Assembly: GCA_013265495.1 (NCBI GenBank)
Contig: MU058213.1
Span: 5,787,149 to 5,851,148 of the forward strand
Direction of reading: 5' to 3'
From: Vicugna vicugna
Lineage: Eukaryota
Length of the DNA stretch: 64,000 nucleotides
A program made the position numbers and the translations under genes. This document shows positions 52,912-64,000 of the stretch, one piece after another. The notes under the pieces were generated by a model. It worked only from the letters and a program-made list of their open reading frames with translations. It made no database searches and was not told the origin of the DNA. How positions within the stretch are numbered: position 1 is the stretch's first letter; each line of letters opens with the position of its first letter.

Positions 52912-52959
52912 ATGGCGTCCGAGGCGCTGTCTGAAGAGAACCCGCGGCGGTCTCTTTAG
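52912..52959 (+). promoter_or_regulatory. uORF MASEALSEENPRRSL* upstream of MINDY2
   Basis: gtcATGG start (G-3, G+4) and TAG at 52957-52959. Out of frame with the main ATG and ends 22 nt before it. Requires a TSS upstream of 52912. Confidence 0.65.
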
Positions 52960-52981
52960 AGCGAGGGGCTGGCGGCTGGTT

Positions 52982-53827
52982 ATGGAGAGCAGCCCCGAGA
53001 GCTTGCAGCCGCTACAACACGAGGTGGCCGCTGGGCCAGCGCCAGGGACAGGTTCTCCGCAGGAAGGGCGACAGGGGACCGGGCTCGCTGCTGGGGATGG
53101 TCCTGGAGTATGGGCGGCGGAGAGCAGCGGCGGGAATGGGCAGGGGGCGGCGGCCGCCGGGAGGAGCCTCTCGGACTCGGTTTCCCCCTCCGGCTCTCCT
53201 CAGGTTCTCGCACCCTGCAGCTCCTTCCCGGGCTTGGACTTGAAGGAGAACGATTTGGAGAGTCTTGCTGCCCAGAAGGCGCCTCTGAGAGGGCAGCACA
53301 AGGTGACCGCCTCCCCGGAGGCAGCCGAGGCCGAAGCCGGCCATGGGTTGGGTCCGGCCGGAGACGCGAGCGCCCGCCCGGATCCCGCCGGCACCTGCCG
53401 GGCAGAGTCGGCAGCCGCGGGCTCCGAGGAGCCCAGCAGCGGCGGCGGCCTCAGCAGCAGTTGCAGCGACCCAAGTCCTCCTGGGGAATCGCCAAGCCTG
53501 GACTCCCTGGAGTCGTTCTCTAACCTGCATTCTTTTCCCAGTAGCTCCGAGTTCAATAGTGAGGAAGGCGCGGAGAACAGGGTCCCCGAGGAAGAGGAGG
53601 GCGCGGCGGTGCCGCCCGGGGCTGTGCCTCTGTGCGTGGAGGAGGAGGAGGAGGAGGGAGAGGCGGCTCAGGTGCTGGCGGCCTCCAAGGAACGTTTCCC
53701 GGGACAGTCTGTCTATCACATTAAGTGGATCCAGTGGAAGGAAGAGAACACACCCATCATCACCCAAAATGAGAACGGCCCCTGCCCTTTGCTGGCCATC
53801 CTCAATGTTTTGCTTCTGGCCTGGAAG
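52982..53827 (+). CDS. MINDY2: MINDY2 (FAM63B) K48-specific deubiquitinase, coding exon 1 (282 codons)
   Basis: MESSPESLQPL...SLDSLESFSNLHSFP...YHIKWIQWKEENTPIITQNENGPCPLLAILNVLLLAWK. Catalytic Cys codon at 53783-53785; donor AAG|GTACAT at 53828; conserved head-to-head synteny with ADAM10. Confidence 0.97.
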
Positions 53828-55371
53828 GTACATTCTGCAGCTTTCTATTAACCACTGGTTTTGGGGAGGGGGGAGACGGGTGAGGGAGCTGCTGCGTGTC
53901 AGCTGATGGCTTCTTCTTTTCTTTCCTTATTCATCAGCCAGTCCCTTTTTCTTCTTACATGAAACTCATTCTGAGACTCCTGTTGAAAGAATATTCCCGT
54001 ATGTACATCAGAAAGAATTGCCGGTAACCTCAGATCTAATTAGAGTTCAACATTCAGTTGTGGCTGATATACTTGGAAGGACTTAGAGCATCCTAAACCC
54101 TTTGGGGTTTTTTTTTCCTTTTTCAGTTTTATTAGGTAGAATTATTACAGTTTGACTGCACATACATTATATTGCATGTAAAAACATATATACAATATAC
54201 TGCACTTTTTTAGTTTACATATGTGTACTGATCATTGTTTCTAAGAACAAATTAGAGCTTTAGCTTTTTACACTTATGTAGTTATCCTTTGATTATTTTT
54301 AAACTATACTTTTCTATGTTATTCTTTCATACTGACTTTATCACCTATGTCAAAGAGTGAACAATTGGGGAAAATGATCTTCAGAAGTTACCATCAATCC
54401 ATGATACCACGGAGCAAGTTTTGATGATTATGTTTAGTCTGTTTTCCAACTCATGCTTGCTCCATTTCGATATGGATCCTTATGGAAATGGTAATAGGGA
54501 AGATGTGGCCCCTTAGACAAATTCCATTTAAGGAAAAGTGATCGTCTGAGACCTAATTACCATAACTTCTTGGTTTTCAAAGATTGTTTTTATTTTATGC
54601 ATGATTTTTACTTGCCTCATTTCGTTGGCTGTACTTAGTTAGACATTACCAGTAACCACACATCAGAATGTGTTAAGGGAGCTATTCCATAACAACCAGA
54701 ATAAGATTAGATATATCCCACTTAAAAGAGCAAAAAAGGGAAGGGCCCTTCCAAAGTAAGTAAATTGAGGACTCAGGAGTGAATTACCCGTAAATTTAGT
54801 GTCTTATTTAAACTTGAAGTTTTAACTGGCTGAGAAGATGCATCTTAGAGCACATATTTTACTTTCAAATTGAGAATTGTATCTGTAGATAAAATGTTCC
54901 CTAGAAAAAAATAAGCTGGATTATTGTGACCAGTTAGGAAGAAAATCAAATAAAGGGAATAGTATTTAAGCCCCTTCATTCTTTACTAGCACAGGCTGAT
55001 GCAAAAGGAATAAGATTAGAAATATTACCAGATCGGGTACATAGTGGCACTCATATGTTTTAAGTGCAGACCATGCCTGCTCCTGAAGAGCTGTCGAGTT
55101 ATTGGGAGTTGCAGCATTTGACTTCTTGAAATTATTAAAGAACAATGCAAGACAATATTCTATAAATACTAGGTTATAGGAAACAGATTGAAATGCTTTA
55201 GATATCCCAAAAGGGGAAATTTTCATTTGGTCTGGCTTAGTCCCAGAGAGCTTCATGGAATTTGTGGATCTTGAAGGAAGCTTTTAAGAAAAAATAGAAC
55301 TTAAAATAACAGGAAAATGTAATTCCTGGGAGAAGAAAGGGTATAAACAAAAAGGATGAAAATAGAATGGA

Positions 55372-55375
<4 letters not shown>

Positions 55376-55405
<30 letters not shown>
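55376..55405. repeat. (GT)15 microsatellite
   Basis: Direct read. Confidence 0.95.
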
Positions 55406-55409
<4 letters not shown>

Positions 55410-55719
55410 TTGTGTTTGTGTTGGATGATAAGAGTGATAAGTCTGTATTACAGAATAAAAGAAAATAAGATTGGAAAGGTAAAGAAGAGCCACTTGATGA
55501 AGGCCCTTGAATGTCAGACTAGGGAGTTAGACTTCATTCTATGAGCCGAAGTCCCAGCCTTTTTGTAGGAAGGAATAACGGTTTCCTTTAGGCTCTTCTC
55601 ACTTCCTACTTATCTATATAGTACTGCAGAAGTTTGGAAGAAAGAGCAAGTACTGTGGTCTCGAATATTTGGGGATAGATGAGATGGGCATTGAATTGAC
55701 TCTTTGAAAGACATGGCTT

Positions 55720-56180
55720 CAAGTGAATGATCATATGTTTGGGTTCCAACTATATGTGAGGTACTAGAAATAAAAAGATGAGTAAGATGCAAGTATGCCC
55801 TTATGTAGCTCAGTCTTAATGGGGAGACAGACATGTAACAGTAATCACAGTGTGCAGAAGTTCTAAATATGCTGTGGAATTACAGAGAAAAGTGTACTTG
55901 GGGATGGAATGTGTCAAGGGAAAGCTTCATAGAAGAGGTAGCCTATGAACTGGATCTGAAAGATGAATACGAGAAGTTCCTTCCAGGCAGAGGGAATGGT
56001 ATATTCAAAGATACTGAAGCAGAAAAAGATTTGTTCTATTTGGAAACACCAGCCTTGGCTGGACTACGGTGGAGGTGAAGGAAATGGCAATAGCAGGAAA
56101 TAAAGTTGATGTGTTGGGTTAGACTGTGAATGAGCAGGCATGCTAATGAATTTTGAGATTATTTTATAAATCTTTGGTTC
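55720..56180 (-). mobile_element. L2 fragment
   Basis: tgcccttatgtagctcagtcttaatggggagacagacatgtaac...gaaagcttcatagaagaggt, antisense L2 motifs. Confidence 0.65.
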
Positions 56181-56287
56181 TTAGCCTTCTTTCTGCCTCC
56201 AGGCTATTGATGCATACAAAAATTACTCATCACTAATCATCAATGATTGATAAGGAAGTGGATTAATAGGAGCAGGGTTGGAAAGAG

Positions 56288-56603
56288 CAGTGTTCTCAAA
56301 GTGAGCCAGGGGTTCTAGAGGTCAGAGCTATTTTCATAATAGTACTGGGATGTTTTTTCCCTTTTCCACTCTCATTCTCTCACAAGTGTCAATACAGGCT
56401 GCATGATGTGTGTTGACATCATTGCTCTGACAGTTAGTGGAATGTGTGCTCATGCATTCTTGTGTTTAAATTTTTTTTCAATTTTTATTTCCAGTGTGGT
56501 AAGTGTTAATAGATGTAACCCACTTAAACAAGAGCTCTTTGGGATCCTCAATAATTTTTAGAACTGAAGAGGTTCTTGAGACCAAAAAGTTTGAGAAATG
56601 CTA
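56288..56603. mobile_element. hAT-Charlie (Charlie1-like) internally deleted DNA transposon
   Basis: Terminal inverted repeats cagtgttctcaaa ... tttgagaaatgcta; internal aacaagagctctttgggatcctcaataattttt. Confidence 0.7.
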
Positions 56604-58796
56604 TAGTAGCAAAAAATAGTAAATAGGATATGAAGGTAGTTGTCAGATTTCAAAGGACTCATCTCCAAGCATGTCTAGACTGTCTGTATCACTGATAATA
56701 GGGACCTATTATAAATTACTGGTTAGAGGAATGACACAATGAAAGTGGTCTTTTTATCTGGAATTAGACTAGAAGTGAAATTGTAGTGAGTGTAGCAAGA
56801 AGAATCGATGAGTATAGCTTTTTTGGATGGAGAATTCTTTGCTCCTTCTCTTTAATGAGGATGATGTCACAGCCTGAATGATGAAGTGATTACTAACTGG
56901 ATATAGGAAATGAAGGAGATGACAGTTTTTCTAACCTGGGCAAGAGAGACTGGTTGAGTCACTCAGAAGATAGGGTGTTTTAGATGGGAAAGCTGATGTC
57001 AAAGTTTGGTTATGTCAGGTTGGAAATGTCTGTTAGTGGGACATAAAAATATAAATGCTTATTATGCCTCTAGAAGCATGGACTGGGCCTCAGGAAAGAG
57101 TCTACGATTATGAGAAAAATTGAATTGGGAAATTATTGCATAGATGTAAGTATGGTATTCATGAGAATAAATGAGTTCTCCATAGAGAGTGGTGAACAAT
57201 AGTTCTAACATTTTGCCATCCTGGTATACGTGAGGAACTACAAATTGCCAGCATAAACATCCTGCCTATCCTCCCTCTATTTTCCCCACTGCCTTTTCCA
57301 TCCCATTCTCCAGTAGACATAAAGAAAATAGAGGAGTAAAGATTAAAGTTGGTGGGGAGAGGGTGATGTTAAGGCCAAGAGAGTGTAAAAGAGACCAATA
57401 CAGGCACAATTTGAGATGTAAACAGAACTAGAAATAGGACAATGTCATGATAGTAGTCTGGGAGAGAGACTCTAATTAAAAAACAGTCAGTTATCATTGT
57501 CAAATGCAATAGCATCAAGGAACTTGTAAAGAGGGAAAGACTGCCAAAAAGGACAGGTATCAGGACAAGGTTGCTGAAAAGTCAGGATAACAGGAATAAC
57601 AGAATAGGTGGTAAAATTCTCTTCAGAGGAAAAGAACAACAATCTTTTTTTCTGAAGTAATGGAAGGAATGAGTCAAGGAAGATACAAAGACAAGGTCAT
57701 GTTAAGGTGGAGGGGCAGATGGAAAGTAAGGCTTCATTATCGGTTTGGGCAGAATAGTAATTGATCTCATCAGTGAAAACTATTGAACTTGTCAGTAATT
57801 AAGGAGAGGTTGTGAAGCATCGAGGGGTGAATTTTGTGAGAAAATTAAGTTGTATTTTATAGAAGTTCTAAACTCACTGGAAATTATGCCTAGTAATTTG
57901 AGGCATAAGTAGAAAGTAGTAAGTGGCAGTAGGTAAATCAGGGTATTCTTTAAAAGCTTCTAGTATATCAATTTTTGGGCTTTCCCCAGTATTTCTCTTA
58001 TCCCTGGAGATAGGAACAGGAAGAGTTGCTGGTTAGGATTATCATGGATTGGACTTTTCAAGAGTTGATTCATGGAGTCATTGGAATTAGAGTTGAAAGG
58101 AAAACAGTTGATCATCTCTTTTGGAGGAGGATGAAGTAATGATAAAAAAAATAATAAACTAAATATGTTAAGAGGATTTGAGAGATTCAAAGGAAGTAAG
58201 TGCCATGGTTCTGAGTAAGAGATGACAGTTAAAATTATCAAAGAGGGTAAGTACTGAGTTGGAAATGTTGGGGTTTTAATTAAAAGTGTTGGTTTAGGAC
58301 TAATGGGTAGTCGGTGATCGTTAATAATCTATAAAATAGTTGAGCTGTGATAATCCAACAAATCAAGAAAGAAGGAAATCTATTCATTAAATTTAATTCA
58401 AGCTCACATTTCTAATTTTGTTTAACTGTCACCAGGTAAATATACACACATTTATGTCTTGGAATACATTTCATTTTGCTTCTTTAGACTATTTTTGGTG
58501 TATTTTATGGTTTTCCTTTAATCTTTTATTCTGTTAAAAACAATGACATTTATAGGTATATTTGAGAGCTGTGACCCAATTAATCATTTATTTATAAAAA
58601 TCACTTGTTTATAAAAATAAAACAAGTCAGAAGAAATATAAAATATAAAATTTACTTTCTAATGATACTGGCCTATGTTATAAATGTTGAAACTGAATGA
58701 TGGGTACTTGTAAGTTGATTATGCTGTTATTTTTCTACTTTTGCATGATTTAAATTTTGCATTATGAAGCATTTTTAAAAACTTCTGCCTTAATAC

Positions 58797-58837
58797 TTTT
58801 TTTAATTGAAGTATAGTCAGTTTACAATGTTGTATCG
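58797..58837 (-). mobile_element. Ultra-short L1 3'-tail insertion
   Basis: polyT plus aattgaagtatagtcagtttacaatgttgt. TSD GCCTTAATA(C/T) at 58787-58796 and 58838-58847. Confidence 0.8.
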
Positions 58838-59635
58838 GCCTTAATATTTTTATATTTATGAAGGTATTACTTTAATAACAGTGGGAGTCCCTGCTTTGTC
58901 ATGCTTTCGTTTTCTTATAGAAAGAATATAGGTTCTAAGGCCCACATACTCAAAAAATATATACATATAAAATATATACTGTACATTGTGATAGAGGACA
59001 TGCAGTATTATGTGTCTAGTCATTACGTAGCGTTTTCATGGAAGATTGAATGCACTGCTCTGATTTAAGATGCTGGAAGCACTTCTCCTTTCCTCTGTAG
59101 TCTTTTGGGTAGGAAATTCTTTTTTCCCTCTTTTTCTTTGCTTAGCAGGAGCTGAGACAATCTCCTACTCCACATCAAGGGAGGAACACCAGGATTCTGA
59201 AGCAAGATTGCTTACATTAGGCTGGTTGCTCCAGACATTAAACCTATAAACTGTAAAATAAGGATTGATACATTTGATTCAGAAAAAAACAAAGAAGCTT
59301 AAGATTAAGGGGGGAAAAGGACAAAAAGACACCCCCTCCCCCCAAAAAAACTTCACCAGGAACTAAATCAAAACACACACTACAAACTGAAGGAGTCATC
59401 TCCTAGCTTATTATATGTGTCTAAGGGCTAATTTCTTAATTTACAAAGAGCCCTTATAAATTAGAAAAAGATGAGCGACCCAATAGAAAAATGAGCAAAA
59501 GGTCATTAGCAGAAAATTCAGTGAAGTTCAAATGAACATATCGTTTGTCTCATTATCACGTGCAGAGAGTGACCTCTTGCCTCCTTGATGACTTTTCTTT
59601 TCCCATACCATTTTCACAGATAACTCTTCTTACTT

Positions 59636-59685
59636 TTTTTTTAGTATTTTTTTATTTGAAATATAGTCAGTTTACAATATTGTGG
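59636..59685 (-). mobile_element. Ultra-short L1 3'-tail insertion
   Basis: T-rich tail plus tttgaaatatagtcagtttacaatattgt. TSD TCTTCTTACTT at 59625-59635 and 59686-59696. Confidence 0.8.
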
Positions 59686-61517
59686 TCTTCTTACTTATAA
59701 GTTTTACTTTACTTTTTTTTTTTAAACTTCCTGACTAATAAGAACATTGGAATCACACAGATTTTCTTATATGCCCCTTTTCCTAAAGTAGGCACACAGC
59801 TCTTTTGAGAATTTCCATGTCTGTTTATTAATTACAAAAATGGAAAAACAGATGGTGAGCCAAATATACCATTTTAGCCTCTGCCCACCCTGTTTGTTTT
59901 TTTTTTAATATAGATCCTGTAAGAAGAGATTAAAAAGTTCATACAACGGTCGAGTTTTGTCTACACAAAAGATGCAAGTAACACTTCTGAGGCTTCCATT
60001 TCCTGTCTTTCCTAAGAATTAGGATTGGTGTAATACCTCTAGATTTGTGAGATACAGCGGACATAGGCTGAGGATGGTATGAATACTCCCTGTGGTGGTT
60101 GTCCTATTTGTGATGTGCTCATTTTCTCCTCCGCTTGCTCTGAGTAGCCCTGCAGGAAAACCTTCCCGTTCCTCTTCCAACCTTGTCTGTGTTGAGTCCC
60201 AGGTGAAGGACATTTGAGCATAGGTGGTACTGGCAACCATAGGGCTTCGAATAATAAGTACTCAATTATTTTTATGTCCAGATACTATGCTAAGTCTTTT
60301 ACATGCGTTATATGCATTTTATCTTTTAATTTTTTCAACCCCATCATGAAATCCTTACATACACAGTGTTCTTATTTTACATATATAGAAAATTGAGGTG
60401 CATAGAGTTTAAATAACTTACTCTATAAGTAAGATTACCATCTGCTTCAGAACCTGAACTCTTACTTGAGATATTTGGTTGGAAAGTTAAAATTCAAGAT
60501 ATCAGTAAGCCTAGTGGACAATAGGTCTGGGACAAAGTAGGGTGAAAGAAGAGATAGTGATTAAATCAGAGAAGCAGAATCAGACTTTGTGATTTCTTAG
60601 AACAAATCCTGGGGATCTGGGCTTCATACAGGTTCCTTCTGTTTTTAGCCCCCTGTGCCTCATCCTATGTCTTCTGAAGTATCTGACAGTTTCAGAGCCT
60701 TTCTTGAGTTCTGTGGTGAATGAACTTGCCTTTGCCATCAAAGTTTATTAAATATATTCTTTGATATTTTCAGTAATATGTAACTTGTCTCTCCTGCCAC
60801 TGTCCTAGTTCAGGTCACTTTCATCTCACCTGGACTACTTTAGCAGCCTTCCAACTGGTCTCTTGTCTTCTATTAGTCTCATTTATTTTTCAAGCAATTA
60901 GGTTTTTTTGGGGGTTGATTTTTTTTTAGTTTGCTGAGCTACTTAAATATAAGTCCAGTGAAATTTGAACTAAAGATATCTTCTTTTATTTATAAATCTT
61001 TTATTGGGAAAATTTCACTGGAACAACATTCCTTCATTGTTTTAAAACCCTTTGAATTGCATATAAAATAGAACATTCTTGAAAATCTAATACATGTGAA
61101 TATATCTGCAGCTTCTGATGTTTTTAAATAGTTTAATTAGGCCTTGGTATTACTCTGAGAATGGCATGTAAATTATGATAAAAATTGATGGTAAAGTGTT
61201 TTAAATTGGCTTAAGTTGAAGATTGTCTCTTATTAAATTTTCCTGATTTGAAATACTGATGGGAAGTAGAAAGTCAGTTAGATTTACTAAGAAATCTGAA
61301 TTTTAGTATTTTCAAGTACAGTAATTATTCTTAATAATAAATGAATATTATGTATAAGAAATTAGACTATAAAGCATGGTGTATAGTAGTTTGTAATATA
61401 TGTTTATTTGCTGGAGCTAGAGTTAGTCATGTTGAAAGGAACCTTAAGTTTTTTCAGTCCTTATTTTGAAAAATGCTACATTTTTTCTGATTCCCATTAA
61501 TACTTCCAGTATTTTCT

Positions 61518-61683
61518 CAATTTTTTTCTTATAAACAGTTTTATTTTTATTCATTTATTTATTTATTTTTATTTTATTAGGGGGGAGTTAATTAGGCTTA
61601 TTTTTAGAGGAGATACTGGGGATTGAACCCGGGACCTTGTGCATGCTAAGCATGCTCTCTACCACTGAGCTATAGCCTCCCCC
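61518..61683 (-). mobile_element. tRNA-Ala-derived SINE (vic-1-like)
   Basis: Reverse-complement SINE head (gattgaacccgggaccttgtgcatgctaagcatgctctctaccactgagctata). 20-bp TSD TAATACTTCCA(G/A)TATTTTCT at 61498-61517 and 61684-61703. Confidence 0.92.
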
Positions 61684-62431
61684 TAATACTTCCAATATTT
61701 TCTAAAAAATTATTTCTTTACAGTTTCAACTAAAAAAAAGAATGCTATATGATTTACTGCATATTTTCAACATTAGTGAAACTTCAACTGAGAAGAAAAA
61801 ATTGTATTATTTAGTGGTCCATTTTACCATAAGTAATGCAAAAGTAAACTATAGCACAGAAATCAGATAATTCCTGGACAAATTTAAAATGTTTGTCTCC
61901 TGAGTTCCAACTCAACACTCTGAGTGTCAAACTAAACTTCACAGTTATGAAGCAGACATCATTTTCTTCCATCACTATCTTCCCTTACCCCATTTCTTAT
62001 TTTTTATTAATTGTATGGATCTTAAGTTTTAAAGTCTTCTGAGCCTTAGAGTCAGCTTCAATTGTTCTTTCTCCATCATCCTTCACTTTTCATGGGTTAA
62101 AAGTTCTGTCAGTTTTTCATTTAAAATATATTTCAGATTATGTTTTATGTAAGATTTCATTGAAAGAAAGTGTTGCTGTTTTTAAAAGTCTGTAAATGGT
62201 GGTATAATAGAAGGGGTAATTGGTTTTGGAGTCAGCCTCCAAGTCACATCATAGCTCTACTGCTTTGGACAAGTTAACATTTTAATGCCTTCATTCTTTG
62301 AATGAAGATAACTACTTTGTACCATTGTTATGGATTAAGGTAATTTGCAAATTGAATGGCATTTAGCAGAAGTTCAATATATTTAATTTTTGTTCTGACT
62401 TTCTTAAGAGCACAGACTGGTAAATACTCAC

Positions 62432-64000
62432 TTTTTTCTTCCAGCTTTATTGAGTTATAATTAACATATAACACTATATAAGGTTAAGTTGTACAGCATA
62501 ATGATTTGACTTCAATATATCATGAAGTGATCACCACAGTAAGTTTAGTGAACATGTATTATCTCATATAGATACAAAATTAAAAAATAGAAAAAGTAAT
62601 TTTTTCCTTGTGACAACTCTTAGTTACTCTCTTAATAACTTTCATGATATAATATAGAGCAGTGTCAATTATACTTATCATGTTGTACGTTACATCCTTA
62701 GTACTTACAACTGGACATTTATACCTTTTGAATGCCTTCATCCAATTACCCCTCTTCCCACTCTCCACCTCTGGTAACTATAAATCTGATCTTTTTTCTA
62801 TGAATTTGTTTTTGAAATATAATTGACCTACAACACTATGTGAGTTCCTGTTACACAACATAGTGATTCAATATTTCTGTATATTTCAAAATGATCACCA
62901 AGATAAGTCTAGTTTCCATCTGTCACCATACAAAGATATTACCTAATTATTGAGTATATTCACCACACTGTACATTTCATACCCATGACGCATTTGTTTT
63001 GCAACTGCAAATTTGTACCTCTTCATCTCCCTCACTTTTATCTCTCCTATCTTTACCCCCCTCCCATTTGACAACCTCCTATTTGTTCTCTGTATCTATG
63101 ACTCTGTTACTATCTTGTTATGTTCATTCATTTGTTTTTTAGATTCCACATAAAAGTAAAATCATATAGTATTTGTCTTTTTCTCTCTGACTTGTTTCAT
63201 CTAACCTAATTAATACCTTTTAGGTCCATCCATGTTGTCTCAAATGGCAAGATTTCATTCTTTTTGTAGCTGAGTAATATTTCATTGCACATATGTGCCA
63301 CATCTTCTTTATCCATTCATCTGTTGATGGCCACTTAAGCTGCTCCCATATCTTGGCTATTATAAATAATGCTGCAATGAATGTAGGGGTGCATGTATCT
63401 TTTTTAATTAGTGTTTCTGATTTCTTCAGATAAATACCCAGGAATAGAATTACTGGATCCTATGATAGTTCTCTTTTAAAATTTTTGAGGAACCTCCATA
63501 ATGTTTTTCGTAGTAACTGCACCAGTGTACGTTCCCACTGTTACTCAGGAGTTCCCTTTTCTCCACATACTTGCCAACGCTTGTTATTTGTTGTCTGTTT
63601 AACAACAGCCATTCTGACAGGTATGAGATTATATCTAACTGTGGTTTTGATTTGCATTTCCCTGATTATTAGTGATATTGAACATCTTCTCATGTGATAT
63701 TGGCCATCTGTATGTCTTCTTGGGAAAAATATCTATTCATATCCTTTGCCCATTTTTTAATTGGGTTGTTTGTTTTTGTTTTGTTTTTATGCTAAATTGT
63801 GTGAGTTCTTCATTTGTTTTGGATATTAATCCTTTACTGGATATAGCATTTGCAGATATCTTCTCCCGTTTAGTAGGTGTCCTTTTTGTTTTGTTGATAG
63901 TTTTACTTTGCTGTGCAAAAAGCTTTTCAGTTTGATGCAGTCTCAATTGTTTATTTTTGCTTTTTTTTCCCTTGCCTGAGGAAACATAATTCAGAAAAAT
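62432..64000 (-). mobile_element. LINE-1 3' portion (3'UTR and ORF2 C-terminus), runs off the window end
   Basis: Starts ttttttcttccagctttattgag (L1 3' end, antisense). Minus ORF 63737-63946 (KTINKTKRTPTKREKISANAISSKGLISK) is L1 ORF2. Confidence 0.92.

Larger units (their letters stand above)
52520..53900. promoter_or_regulatory. MINDY2: CpG island / promoter of MINDY2
   Basis: GC/CpG-rich. ETS ACTTCCGG at 52621-52628, GC box at ~52730-52739, (GC)7 at 52826-52839, GTGACGTG at 52857-52864. Upstream CCAAT boxes at 52194-52198 (reverse) and 52233-52237. Confidence 0.9.
53828..64000 (+). other. MINDY2: MINDY2 intron 1 (partial)
   Basis: Starts with GT at 53828; no further MINDY2-like coding exon recognised before the window end. 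Confidence 0.8.

Noticed and set aside
52901..52981. N-terminal extension of MINDY2 (ORF track start at 52901)
   Set aside because: It starts at GTG; the recognisable MINDY2 N-terminus is MESSPESLQPL at 52982. The tail VHSAAFY* (53828-53851) is intron read-through.
53012..53833. 273-aa antisense ORF and other frames over MINDY2 exon 1
   Set aside because: Shadow ORFs of a GC-rich coding exon.
60019..60240. Possible processed pseudogene or MINDY2 exon in a higher-GC patch
   Set aside because: Translations in the frames examined match no protein I recognise, and no polyA or TSD was seen.

Overview
Mammalian genomic DNA, AT-rich with two CpG islands. It is most likely camelid: it carries four tRNA-Ala-derived vic-1-type SINEs, and I saw no Alu, B1, Bov-tA or PRE-1. 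The window holds the 5' ends of two divergently transcribed genes. ADAM10 is on the minus strand (coding exon 1 35216-35267, coding exon 2 7440-7590, 27.6-kb intron 1; the gene continues off the left edge). MINDY2/FAM63B is on the plus strand (coding exon 1 52982-53827, including the catalytic Cys motif QNENGPCPLLA; intron 1 runs off the right edge). The rest is intron or intergenic DNA filled with L1, L2, MIR, SINE, an ERV solo LTR and hAT DNA-transposon relics. I found no prokaryote-type system or novel multi-gene system. The best leads are post-transcriptional. (i) The ADAM10 5'UTR has an unbroken 120-codon uORF running through a strengthened G-quadruplex and ending MCCC*. (ii) A strong-Kozak 15-aa uORF sits in front of MINDY2. 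(iii) MINDY2 exon 1 has a weak donor with a stronger competing donor that would add a stop codon. (iv) ADAM10 intron 2 has a candidate 18-nt poison microexon. (v) There is a TSD-flanked retroposed composite insert and a perfect 4x49-bp tandem repeat. Comparisons to human or bovine sequences are from memory and need alignment. Repeat subfamily names and old-repeat boundaries are approximate.
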